Shown here in pieces: positions 9,779 through 17,128 of a stretch of DNA of 51,520 bases. The notes under the pieces were generated by a model. It was not told the origin of the DNA and searched no databases. It saw nothing but the letters and a program-made list of their open reading frames with translations. Origin of the DNA: an uncultured Planctomycetia bacterium (lineage in GTDB: Bacteria; Omnitrophota; Gorgyraeia; 2-01-FULL-45-10); NCBI GenBank assembly GCA_964433975.1, contig CAYSSS010000003.1, positions 1-51,520 of the forward strand. Reading direction: 5' to 3'. Each line of letters begins with the position of its first letter. Within the stretch, counting starts at the first letter, position 1. The position numbers and the translations under genes are program-made.

Positions 9779-10607
9779 CTTATCAAAATTAGCCGCGGCG
9801 CTAGCGCTTACGCTCATTGTGTATATTCCCACCATAAACTGGATGGTCGATCGGTGGTTTGCTAAGGAGTCGTACTATAGCCATGGTATCCTTATTCCGC
9901 TCATATCCCTATTCATAATATGGCAGAGAAGGGATGCGCTAAAAAAGATCAAGGTCTCGGGCAGTTTTATGGGATTATGGATCATTGCTATAAGCCTTCT
10001 TGTGCACATCATATGTGCTGCCTTAAGGATCTACTTTTTATCGGGCTTTTCTTTGGTATTCGCAATATACGGGCTAGTTCTATTTACATTTGGCAAAGAT
10101 ATGGTACGCAAACTCATATTTCCCTTATCCTTTCTGCTTTTGATGGTACCGCTGCCGCTTGTTATAATCGGTAATCTTACGGTTAGACTTAAGCTTTTTG
10201 CGGCACAATTATCTACCATCGTGCTCAATAGTATAGGTTTCCGGTGCATATTGGATGGAAGCGTCATAAGAATGCAGTCTTCCTTCGTAGAAGTCGCGGC
10301 GCCATGCAGCGGTCTTCGCTCAATAATATCGCTCGTTACATTGGGACTGCTCTTCGCGTATGTCATGAAGACATCGTTTTTTAAAAAGAGCATACTTTTC
10401 TTATCGTCTATTCCCATAGCCATTGCTACAAATGTGATGAGGATAACCTTAGTCGCCATAGTTAATGATCTCTACGGAGAGAAGGTCGCTATGGGGGCTT
10501 TCCATGATTTTACGGGCTATATGGTCTTTGTGGTGGCATTTCTAGGGCTCTATGGAGTTGCGCAAATTATGGGAGCGAGAGAGTCGGGAGAAGATAATGA
10601 AAATTAA
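9765..10607 (+). CDS. Exosortase (EpsH/Xrt family transpeptidase), short stand-alone form
   Basis: 280 aa, polytopic. Catalytic-type motifs VAAPCSGLRSI (Cys), ATNVMRITLV (Arg) and FHDFTGYMVF (His). Sits next to EpsI and PEP-CTERM genes. Confidence 0.9.
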   Translation: MKKINLSKLAAALALTLIVYIPTINWMVDRWFAKESYYSHGILIPLISLFIIWQRRDALKKIKVSGSFMGLWIIAISLLVHIICAALRIYFLSGFSLVFAIYGLVLFTFGKDMVRKLIFPLSFLLLMVPLPLVIIGNLTVRLKLFAAQLSTIVLNSIGFRCILDGSVIRMQSSFVEVAAPCSGLRSIISLVTLGLLFAYVMKTSFFKKSILFLSSIPIAIATNVMRITLVAIVNDLYGEKVAMGAFHDFTGYMVFVVAFLGLYGVAQIMGARESGEDNEN

Positions 10608-11232
10608 CAAAAATACGGTTGAGTTTGTGGTGTTGATAGCGATGTTGCTGGCGGCGGGCGCGATCTCTATGGGATTATTTAATAGAGAGATGTCTGCAAG
10701 CGACAAGCTGGATGTGCACAAATTTCCGATGAAGATAGGAAAGTGGCAGGGCAGGGAGCTGCCGATCACGGAAAAAGAGTACGACATACTGGAAACACGA
10801 AACCTTATTTCAAGAGAATATGTGAATCCTTCCGGGGATAAGTTATATCTATTGATCATATATTCCGAAACGAACAGGTCCGTATTTCATCCTCCCGAGG
10901 TATGCATGGTAGGAAGCGGCCTTGACATAACTGATAAACAGGTTGAAGAATTTGATGCAGGAAACAAGGCCTTCACGACGAATAAATTGTTCGCTGAGAA
11001 AGGCCAGCACAAAGAGATCATTTTAAATTCTTATAAAGCAGGTAACATGTATACGAGTAATTTCTATCTTCAGCAAACGAGTCTGGCGTTCCATCAGGTC
11101 TTCGGGCGCAACGTACCCGGTGCAACGCTTCGAGTTTCAATGGCCGTCGGGAAAGATCAGAGTGCAACTCTCGCAACTCTCAAGGATTTCCTGAGTAAAT
11201 CTGCTGTTATTCTCGACAAATTGAGCAGTTAA
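10597..11232 (+). CDS. EpsI family exosortase-associated protein
   Basis: MKINKNTVEFVVLIAMLLAAGA signal anchor. FHPPEVCMVGSG matches the EpsI H-x-P-x-x-C motif. ATG 10597 overlaps the exosortase stop by 11 nt. Confidence 0.8.
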   Translation: MKINKNTVEFVVLIAMLLAAGAISMGLFNREMSASDKLDVHKFPMKIGKWQGRELPITEKEYDILETRNLISREYVNPSGDKLYLLIIYSETNRSVFHPPEVCMVGSGLDITDKQVEEFDAGNKAFTTNKLFAEKGQHKEIILNSYKAGNMYTSNFYLQQTSLAFHQVFGRNVPGATLRVSMAVGKDQSATLATLKDFLSKSAVILDKLSS

Positions 11233-11276
11233 CTCCCAACTATCACCGTCCACTCAACTCAACACTCCTTACGCAA

Positions 11277-11324
11277 TTGTCCAATTTTTTACAACCACCT
11301 GTCTAAGATTGTCATGGTTTGTCA
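11277..11324 (+). promoter_or_regulatory. Candidate enhancer (UAS): TTGT-N10-ACAA inverted repeat plus TTGTCA-N4-TTGTCA direct repeat
   Basis: TTGTCCAATTTTTTACAA at 11277-11294 and TTGTCATGGTTTGTCA at 11309-11324. These lie 100-150 bp upstream of the sigma-54 -24/-12 element. Confidence 0.35.
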
Positions 11325-11425
11325 ATGAAGTTCACGTAGACCCAGGATTCCTAACCCATAACTCCTTTATCCATAGTTAGTTAAGAAGCTGAGTATTTCA
11401 TGATTTTACCATTCAGTATGGGTCT

Positions 11426-11442
11426 TGGCACGAATACTGCTT
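11426..11442 (+). promoter_or_regulatory. Sigma-54 (-24/-12) promoter
   Basis: TGGCACGAATACTGCTT against the consensus TGGCACG-N4-TTGCW. GG and GC have correct spacing and there is one mismatch. It sits in a 360-bp gap ahead of the small ORF, sugar transferase and PEP-CTERM genes. A sigma-54 activator is encoded in the same locus. Confidence 0.7.
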
Positions 11443-11477
11443 ATGTAACTTGTGACGGATTGGGAGGAGCGTTTTTT

Positions 11478-11594
11478 ATGAAGAAGATGATGGAGTCACT
11501 GAAAGAGATGCTGGACGGGATTATGCACGAGATAGATGTGTATATGACGATACAGCGGTATCAGCGCAACACAAGAAAGTACAAGAGCGCCTAA
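11478..11594 (+). CDS. 38-codon small ORF (leader peptide or small protein)
   Basis: GGAGGAG lies 8 nt upstream of ATG 11478. Product is MKKMMESLKEMLDGIMHEIDVYMTIQRYQRNTRKYKSA. The TAA stop abuts the transferase ATG in the same frame. Confidence 0.45.
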   Translation: MKKMMESLKEMLDGIMHEIDVYMTIQRYQRNTRKYKSA

Positions 11595-12254
11595 ATGCCA
11601 GAACCAACTACTATCGCACTGGTAAGCACCGGATTTGTGGGGTTCATCACGCAATACGCCAGGAGGCATTTTCGAGAAGTCAAGAAGGCGCTTGACCTCA
11701 GCATGGCCGGAGTCGGTATCGTAATGGCCACTCCTGTAATTTTTCTTGCAGCCATAGTGGTAAAGATCGTATCGCCCGGTCCCGTATTTTTCAAACAGGA
11801 GAGAATGGGCTGGGGAGGAAAGCGTTTTTATATTTACAAGCTGCGGACGATGCGCGTAGACGCGGAAAAAAATACAGGTCCCGTTTGGGCTAAGGAAGAC
11901 GATCCTCGTTTAATAAAATTCGGCAAGCTTATAAGAAAGCTGCATATCGATGAGCTGCCGCAATTATTCAACGTATTGAAGGGTGACATGAGCATGGTAG
12001 GCCCGAGGCCTGAAAGGCCTGTGTTTGTCCAGAAGCTCAGTAAAGAAATTTTAGATTATCGCAAAAGAATGAACGTAAAGCCGGGCATCACGGGTCTAGC
12101 GCAGGTATGGCATAAGTATGATGAGACGATAGCCGATGTTCGCAAGAAGGTAAAGTACGATCTCCTCTATATAAGAGAGATGTGCCTTATGGTGGATGTA
12201 AGGATTTTATTGCGAACTATACTAGTATCGGCTCAAGGAAAAGGGGCTAGGTAG
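11595..12254 (+). CDS. Bacterial sugar transferase (PF02397, PglC/WbaP-C-type phosphoglycosyl transferase) with an N-terminal PEP-motif extension
   Basis: Contains VSPGPVFFKQERMG..FYIYKLRTM, DELPQLFNVLKGDMSMVGPRPE and KPGITGLAQV. The first 26 aa are MPEPTTIALVSTGFVGFITQYARRHF. Confidence 0.9.
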   Translation: MPEPTTIALVSTGFVGFITQYARRHFREVKKALDLSMAGVGIVMATPVIFLAAIVVKIVSPGPVFFKQERMGWGGKRFYIYKLRTMRVDAEKNTGPVWAKEDDPRLIKFGKLIRKLHIDELPQLFNVLKGDMSMVGPRPERPVFVQKLSKEILDYRKRMNVKPGITGLAQVWHKYDETIADVRKKVKYDLLYIREMCLMVDVRILLRTILVSAQGKGAR

Positions 12255-12257
12255 ATT

Positions 12258-12926
12258 ATGAGAAAAATAGTTTGTGCCGGGATCTTATTAGTAGTGAGCG
12301 TGTTTGTTTTTGCTACGGCTGGTTACGCAAATATGTACTATGACTCCCCTGTCCCTGCCGACTTAAACGATTTGGATCACTCAAAGGCATATTATTGGGG
12401 GATATCGCGTAACCTGGCGGCTAACGAGTACATAACAAGCGCATCAATAAGTATCAAAAATATCAATGATTGGGCGATAGAAAGTACAGATTTCTTATAT
12501 ATGGATCTGTTCCAGGATGCGCTCTACGGGACAGGGGTAAAAACTTTCACAGATAATGAAGCTGCGGGCGATTATTTTGCAAATAATATATCTTTATTCG
12601 GGACTATGAACACCCTGGATATTTATTCGGACACAAATGAGTACAGGGAAAAGAAATGGAATAAAAAACATACAAAATATAAATGGGGGCCGTGGATCAA
12701 TCCTTCGGAAGATTACACTTACAATTTTAGCGCTGATGAAATACAGATACTTGCCAATGCTATGGCAGATGGTAATTTTGCGTTCGGATTTGATCCGGAT
12801 TGCCATTATAACAACTGCGGCATAACGTTTAGATTTGATACGAATGTATCGACGCCGGAGCCGGCGACGATGTCGCTTTTAGGGTTAGGATTGTTTGGAC
12901 TATTAGGATTTAAGCGCAAAAAATAA
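12258..12926 (+). CDS. PEP-CTERM sorting-domain protein 1
   Basis: Signal peptide (..FATAGYA/NM). C-terminus TPEPATMSLLGLGLFGLLGFKRKK. Confidence 0.9.
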   Translation: MRKIVCAGILLVVSVFVFATAGYANMYYDSPVPADLNDLDHSKAYYWGISRNLAANEYITSASISIKNINDWAIESTDFLYMDLFQDALYGTGVKTFTDNEAAGDYFANNISLFGTMNTLDIYSDTNEYREKKWNKKHTKYKWGPWINPSEDYTYNFSADEIQILANAMADGNFAFGFDPDCHYNNCGITFRFDTNVSTPEPATMSLLGLGLFGLLGFKRKK

Positions 12927-12967
12927 GAAGGACAATACACTGAAAACCGGAAATAGAGAAGGGTAGC

Positions 12968-13723
12968 ATGAAAAAAATAATAACGCTTTTAAGCTTGATC
13001 GTTGCCGGTTTATTTTTTATGGCTTCTTATGCAAATGCCAGCATAATCGCTAATGGCGACATGAGCGATTGGGGCGTTACTCCGGGCGTCTGGGGTACTC
13101 CTAATATGTGGGTTCCGAACAATGGCGCTATATACAACCCCGAAGACCAAAACACAGACAAGCTCGGGCCTGGTTATGGCGGTCAGAAGTTTGATGCCGA
13201 AGCAATATACTTTGTAAGAGAAAATGGATATGTTTGTGTAGCTATAGTAACCGGACATCCTGCCGGTGGATATGGAGGTCATTATCCCGGAGATGTATTT
13301 TTTAACTTCGGAGCAGGTATGGAATATGGCCTTGAAACCACAGGTACAAATGCGGGAAGGCTTTATAAAAATCCTGTATGGAACATGAGTTCGTACTGGG
13401 GAAGTTTAAATTCCGAGACCACTATGCAAGACGGGACCTGGGAAAAGGATATGGGTTTAGCTGGGTTTGCGTATGCGTTTACCTATGACGGGGCTGGCGT
13501 TAGCAATGATCACTGGGTTATTGAGATGAAAATACCCAATAGCTTTTTCGGCGATAATTGGAATGATAGCGGAACGGTACATTGGACCGAGACATGCGGG
13601 AATGATGCAATTGATCTGGACTTTCCATCTACTCCCGTTCCGGAGCCGGCGACGATGTCGCTTTTGGGGCTTGGATTGGCGGGGTTGATTGGAGCAAGAC
13701 GGAAAAAAATAAGGAGAGAATGA
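12968..13723 (+). CDS. PEP-CTERM sorting-domain protein 2
   Basis: Signal peptide (..MASYANA/SI). C-terminus VPEPATMSLLGLGLAGLIGARRKKIRRE. Confidence 0.9.
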   Translation: MKKIITLLSLIVAGLFFMASYANASIIANGDMSDWGVTPGVWGTPNMWVPNNGAIYNPEDQNTDKLGPGYGGQKFDAEAIYFVRENGYVCVAIVTGHPAGGYGGHYPGDVFFNFGAGMEYGLETTGTNAGRLYKNPVWNMSSYWGSLNSETTMQDGTWEKDMGLAGFAYAFTYDGAGVSNDHWVIEMKIPNSFFGDNWNDSGTVHWTETCGNDAIDLDFPSTPVPEPATMSLLGLGLAGLIGARRKKIRRE

Positions 13724-14601
13724 TGAAAATGGCAGCGCTTCTTGGAGTAATGATAGTCTTGTCAATGCTAGTAGTCATTCCTCCATCATTGTACGCACAA
13801 GCTGATAGCTGTATTATTTCCACAAATGACGACGGAAAGAGTAAGGACGAAACCCTGAGCTTCAAAAACGAAGACCTACTCAAATACGTCCCCTCAACCA
13901 GCATTCTCAGCATGTATCTGGACGCGGATTCGCTATTCAAGAATGATGAGAATATTGATGCGTTACACATCCTATCCGATGGAAGTATTATATTCTCGAC
14001 CGGCGGCGACGGGAAGAGTAAGGACGGAACCCTGAGCTTCAAAAACGAAGACCTACTCAAATACGTCCCATCAACCAGCATTCTCAGCATGTATCTGGAC
14101 GCGGATTCGTTGTTTAAAAATGATGAGAATATCGACGCACTGTATATCTTTTCCGATAACAGCATTATCTTTTCTACCGGCGGCGACGGAAAGAGTAAGG
14201 ACGAAACCCTGAGCTTCAAAAACGAAGACCTACTCAAATACGTCCCCTCAACCAGCATTCTCAGCATGTATCTGGACGCGGATTCGCTATTCAAGAATGA
14301 TGAGAATATTGATGCGTTACACATCCTATCCGATGGAAGTATTATATTCTCGACCGGCGGCGACGGGAAGAGTAAGGACGGAACCCTGAGCTTCAAAAAC
14401 GAAGACCTACTCAAATACGTCCCATCAACCAGCATTCTCAGCATGTATCTGGACGCGGATTCGTTGTTTAAAAATGATGAGAATATTGACGCACTGTATA
14501 TTAACGAAACCAATAAAGTGGTTCCTGAGCCGGCGACGATGTCGCTTTTGGGATTGGGATTAGCGGGATTATTGAGATTCAGAAAGAAGAAGCTGTTATA
14601 A
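13720..14601 (+). CDS. PEP-CTERM sorting-domain protein 3, built from four 59-aa repeats
   Basis: Signal peptide (..PPSLYA/QA). Four copies of DGKSKD(E/G)TLSFKNEDLLKYVPSTSILSMYLDADSLFKNDENIDAL.. C-terminus VPEPATMSLLGLGLAGLLRFRKKKLL. Confidence 0.9.
   Translation: MMKMAALLGVMIVLSMLVVIPPSLYAQADSCIISTNDDGKSKDETLSFKNEDLLKYVPSTSILSMYLDADSLFKNDENIDALHILSDGSIIFSTGGDGKSKDGTLSFKNEDLLKYVPSTSILSMYLDADSLFKNDENIDALYIFSDNSIIFSTGGDGKSKDETLSFKNEDLLKYVPSTSILSMYLDADSLFKNDENIDALHILSDGSIIFSTGGDGKSKDGTLSFKNEDLLKYVPSTSILSMYLDADSLFKNDENIDALYINETNKVVPEPATMSLLGLGLAGLLRFRKKKLL
13831..14501 (+). repeat. Coding tandem repeat: 177-bp unit in two alternating variants, giving a 354-bp super-unit present ~1.9 times
   Basis: GACGGAAAGAGTAAGGACGAAACC recurs at 13831 and 14185 (offset 354). 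The two super-units differ at about one position by eye (aatatCgac vs aatatTgac). Confidence 0.9.
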
Positions 14602-14621
14602 ACAATGAAAGGAGAGAATAG

Positions 14622-15284
14622 ATGAAAGTATTTATAGTTTTAGCTGGAATTGTATTATCTTTGACATTAGCAAGCTCCGCTTATGCAGTGCCGTCTTATA
14701 CCGATCTATGGGATGTGAATACTGGATATATAAACAGTGTGACGGCTCCGGGCGGAATGGATTATCATGGATATAATCCAAATACTGGACTATATGGATC
14801 TAATCCATGGGATGCTTTTGGTGCCACGTATGGGGACGGCGTTTCGGTATTCACAGATGGATATGGACCGGGAACTGTTCACGAGCTTTATTGGACAACT
14901 AATACATATTTAACGATAAAAAGTTTTAACCTATATTCTGGAATGGAAGGGGTAAATAATACAAATAGAATTTTTGATCACTTTATTCTTCAAGCCTACA
15001 ATGGGAGTGGGTGGACAACTTTGTATGATAAAGATATTCCATTTCCTTATGGCTCTGGTACTAGTGGACTTACGCTAGATTTATTAAGCAATGTGGACAA
15101 TGTTATATCGAGCAATTCATTTAGGGCTGGTTTCAGACAAGTTTCAGACTATCAATATGCCGAAGGTCCGAGAGTTATTGAACTCGATGGTTTTGCGTCT
15201 GCGCTAGTTCCCGAGCCAGCGACGATGTCGCTTTTGGGGCTCGGAATGGCTGGGCTATTGAGATTTAGACGGAAGAAGGCATAA
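14622..15284 (+). CDS. PEP-CTERM sorting-domain protein 4
   Basis: Signal peptide (..ASSAYA/VP). C-terminus VPEPATMSLLGLGMAGLLRFRRKKA. Confidence 0.9.
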   Translation: MKVFIVLAGIVLSLTLASSAYAVPSYTDLWDVNTGYINSVTAPGGMDYHGYNPNTGLYGSNPWDAFGATYGDGVSVFTDGYGPGTVHELYWTTNTYLTIKSFNLYSGMEGVNNTNRIFDHFILQAYNGSGWTTLYDKDIPFPYGSGTSGLTLDLLSNVDNVISSNSFRAGFRQVSDYQYAEGPRVIELDGFASALVPEPATMSLLGLGMAGLLRFRRKKA

Positions 15285-15320
15285 ACTTTAATAAATATGA
15301 TAATGAAGGGAGGTGAAACG

Positions 15321-15983
15321 ATGAAGAAAGTGTTAGTTATACTGATAATTGGCTTGGTGCTGGGATGGATGAACATTTCTACCGCGCACGCTATCGTTAT
15401 TGATGGGATAGCGGCAGGCGGTGAATGGGTTGCGCCGTTCAAGATCCATGCCACAGATCCTGCAGAATCAGGGATATTTGATTATCTCGATGTTAAATTG
15501 CTTCTCGCCCAGTGGACAACTCCGGGCGGAGATATATATATACGCACAGATACGGTAATTAAGCCTGAATTTATTAAAGATTCAGGCTATCTGAACGACG
15601 CGTATATGGCCTGGCAATTTGATTTCGACGGTAATGGCTCTGTGGATCTATCGGCTCAACTCATCAAGGAAGTTGATTTCGGTCACGCTGATGGTAATAT
15701 CTATTACTATGTTGGCGGTACCCAATACGATAATGGTGTAACAAAATATTGGGGAAAGGACGACGTCTACGAGGTACTGATACCTGCAGAGAAGGTTCCG
15801 GTATTTAATCCTGGTAAGTTTCAGATGAGGCTCATATCTGAGTCAGCAAGTTCGTCTGGTGATGATAACTTGCCGGATACGGGATGGTCGAAGACAGTGC
15901 CTGAGCCGGGAAGCGCGATGCTTCTGGGTATGGGATTAGTTGGTTTCGTTGGTAGTTTGTTTCGCAGGAAGTTCAACGCATAA
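15321..15983 (+). CDS. PEP-CTERM sorting-domain protein 5 (divergent tail)
   Basis: GGAGG RBS before ATG 15321. Signal peptide MKKVLVILIIGLVLGWMNISTAHA. C-terminus VPEPGSAMLLGMGLVGFVGSLFRRKFNA. Confidence 0.85.
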   Translation: MKKVLVILIIGLVLGWMNISTAHAIVIDGIAAGGEWVAPFKIHATDPAESGIFDYLDVKLLLAQWTTPGGDIYIRTDTVIKPEFIKDSGYLNDAYMAWQFDFDGNGSVDLSAQLIKEVDFGHADGNIYYYVGGTQYDNGVTKYWGKDDVYEVLIPAEKVPVFNPGKFQMRLISESASSSGDDNLPDTGWSKTVPEPGSAMLLGMGLVGFVGSLFRRKFNA

Positions 15984-16009
15984 CCTCGTATTGCGTGTTG
16001 TGTGGATGA

Positions 16010-16048
16010 GATTGCTTCGTCGGCGCTAAAGCGCCTCCTCGCAATGAT
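16010..16048 (+). repeat. Hairpin repeat family, copy c (GATTGCTTCGTC-GGCGC-TAAA-GCGCC-TCCTCGCAATGA); possible operon-end hairpin
   Basis: Intergenic, 27 nt after the stop of the last PEP-CTERM gene. Confidence 0.8.
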
Positions 16049-16261
16049 AGTCTGATGCGATGCGCCATACGGGAGGATGCTTGAACCAGTAGGCATGCTT
16101 ACGTGGTGAGAGCATAAGACCGCAGGTTTTATGTTCTCCCACCGCAATCATAATACTATATTCTGTACTGTGGGGCAGGTGAAGACCTGCCCTGCAGTAT
16201 AATAGGGCTGGCTTTTTCCTTTACTTAACTCAGGTTTAGGGTATAATACCAATCTACTCAT

Positions 16262-17128
16262 ATGAAATATAATATCATAAAAAACTGGGGTGCGTCGCTG
16301 GGATTCATGAAGAAGAATCCTATTGTTATGATGCCTTTTGTCTTCATAGCTTTTATGGAACTCTTAGCGCTGGAATTTTTATATTTCTCTCCCAGGGTAC
16401 CGCTCTCATATATCGCAAATCCCATAATTCGTAAATTTTTCGGCGAAAACTTTATCCATTATCCGTTTGATCTTGTGCTGCTGCCGCGATTGTTCTATTA
16501 TCTGCAAGTGGCGATCTATGCGCTCGTGGGCGCTTTCCTGACCGCCGTGGCAGTGAATATATTCAAGAACTTTAGGGACGGCCTACCGGTCAAGGCGAAG
16601 GCGATGGTGAGAAATGCCCTTAAGAGTTACGCCTCTCTTGTAATCTACGCCCTCTTGGTCAGCGCTCTTATATTTGCTTTACAGAGAGCGGATACATTCA
16701 TCTTTTCAAAAGCCATGAGGCTGCTGGCGCGGATCCTGCCGATATCAATATCACCCGTTTACAAAATAGGTTTTACGCTTCTTTTATTCTTATCAAACAT
16801 TATTATGCAGACTTTTCTCATATGTACCATACCCATTATAGTTATACAGAAGACGTCGATACTAAAAGCCATTACCAGAAGTGTAATACTGGGTGCGCGT
16901 AATTTTTTTACTATCTTCGCTTTGATATTTTTGCCGTTTTTTATATACCTGCCTATAATATTTTTTAAAAGTTTTTCTACGCAGATCATGGATAGGATGT
17001 TTCCAGAAATAAATATATGCATTACGGTGGTTGGGGTACTCGTTACGATATTTCTGGATTCATTCGTTATCTTGTGTGTTTCGCAATTTATAATGGATAG
17101 GAAGAGCGTAGTGGAGAAGGTGGCGTGA
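16262..17128 (+). CDS. Polytopic membrane protein of unknown function
   Basis: 288 aa with about 6-7 hydrophobic helices. I recognise no family. GTGA overlap with the next gene. Confidence 0.7.
   Translation: MKYNIIKNWGASLGFMKKNPIVMMPFVFIAFMELLALEFLYFSPRVPLSYIANPIIRKFFGENFIHYPFDLVLLPRLFYYLQVAIYALVGAFLTAVAVNIFKNFRDGLPVKAKAMVRNALKSYASLVIYALLVSALIFALQRADTFIFSKAMRLLARILPISISPVYKIGFTLLLFLSNIIMQTFLICTIPIIVIQKTSILKAITRSVILGARNFFTIFALIFLPFFIYLPIIFFKSFSTQIMDRMFPEINICITVVGVLVTIFLDSFVILCVSQFIMDRKSVVEKVA

Noticed and set aside
11400-11594. The long (64-aa) version of the small ORF, starting at ATG 11400
   Set aside because: It would begin upstream of the sigma-54 -24/-12 element (11426-11442), and it has no SD. 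The internal ATG 11478 has a GGAGGAG RBS.
13831-14501. Possible CRISPR array because of regularly spaced repeats
   Set aside because: The repeats are 177 bp, contiguous with no unique spacers, and are in-frame coding sequence of a secreted protein.
13629-14513. 294-aa ORF on the - strand opposite PEP-CTERM protein 3
   Set aside because: This is a shadow ORF kept open by the tandem repeat. It has no signal peptide or RBS and its product is a low-complexity repeat. The + strand gene has a signal peptide and a PEP-CTERM tail.
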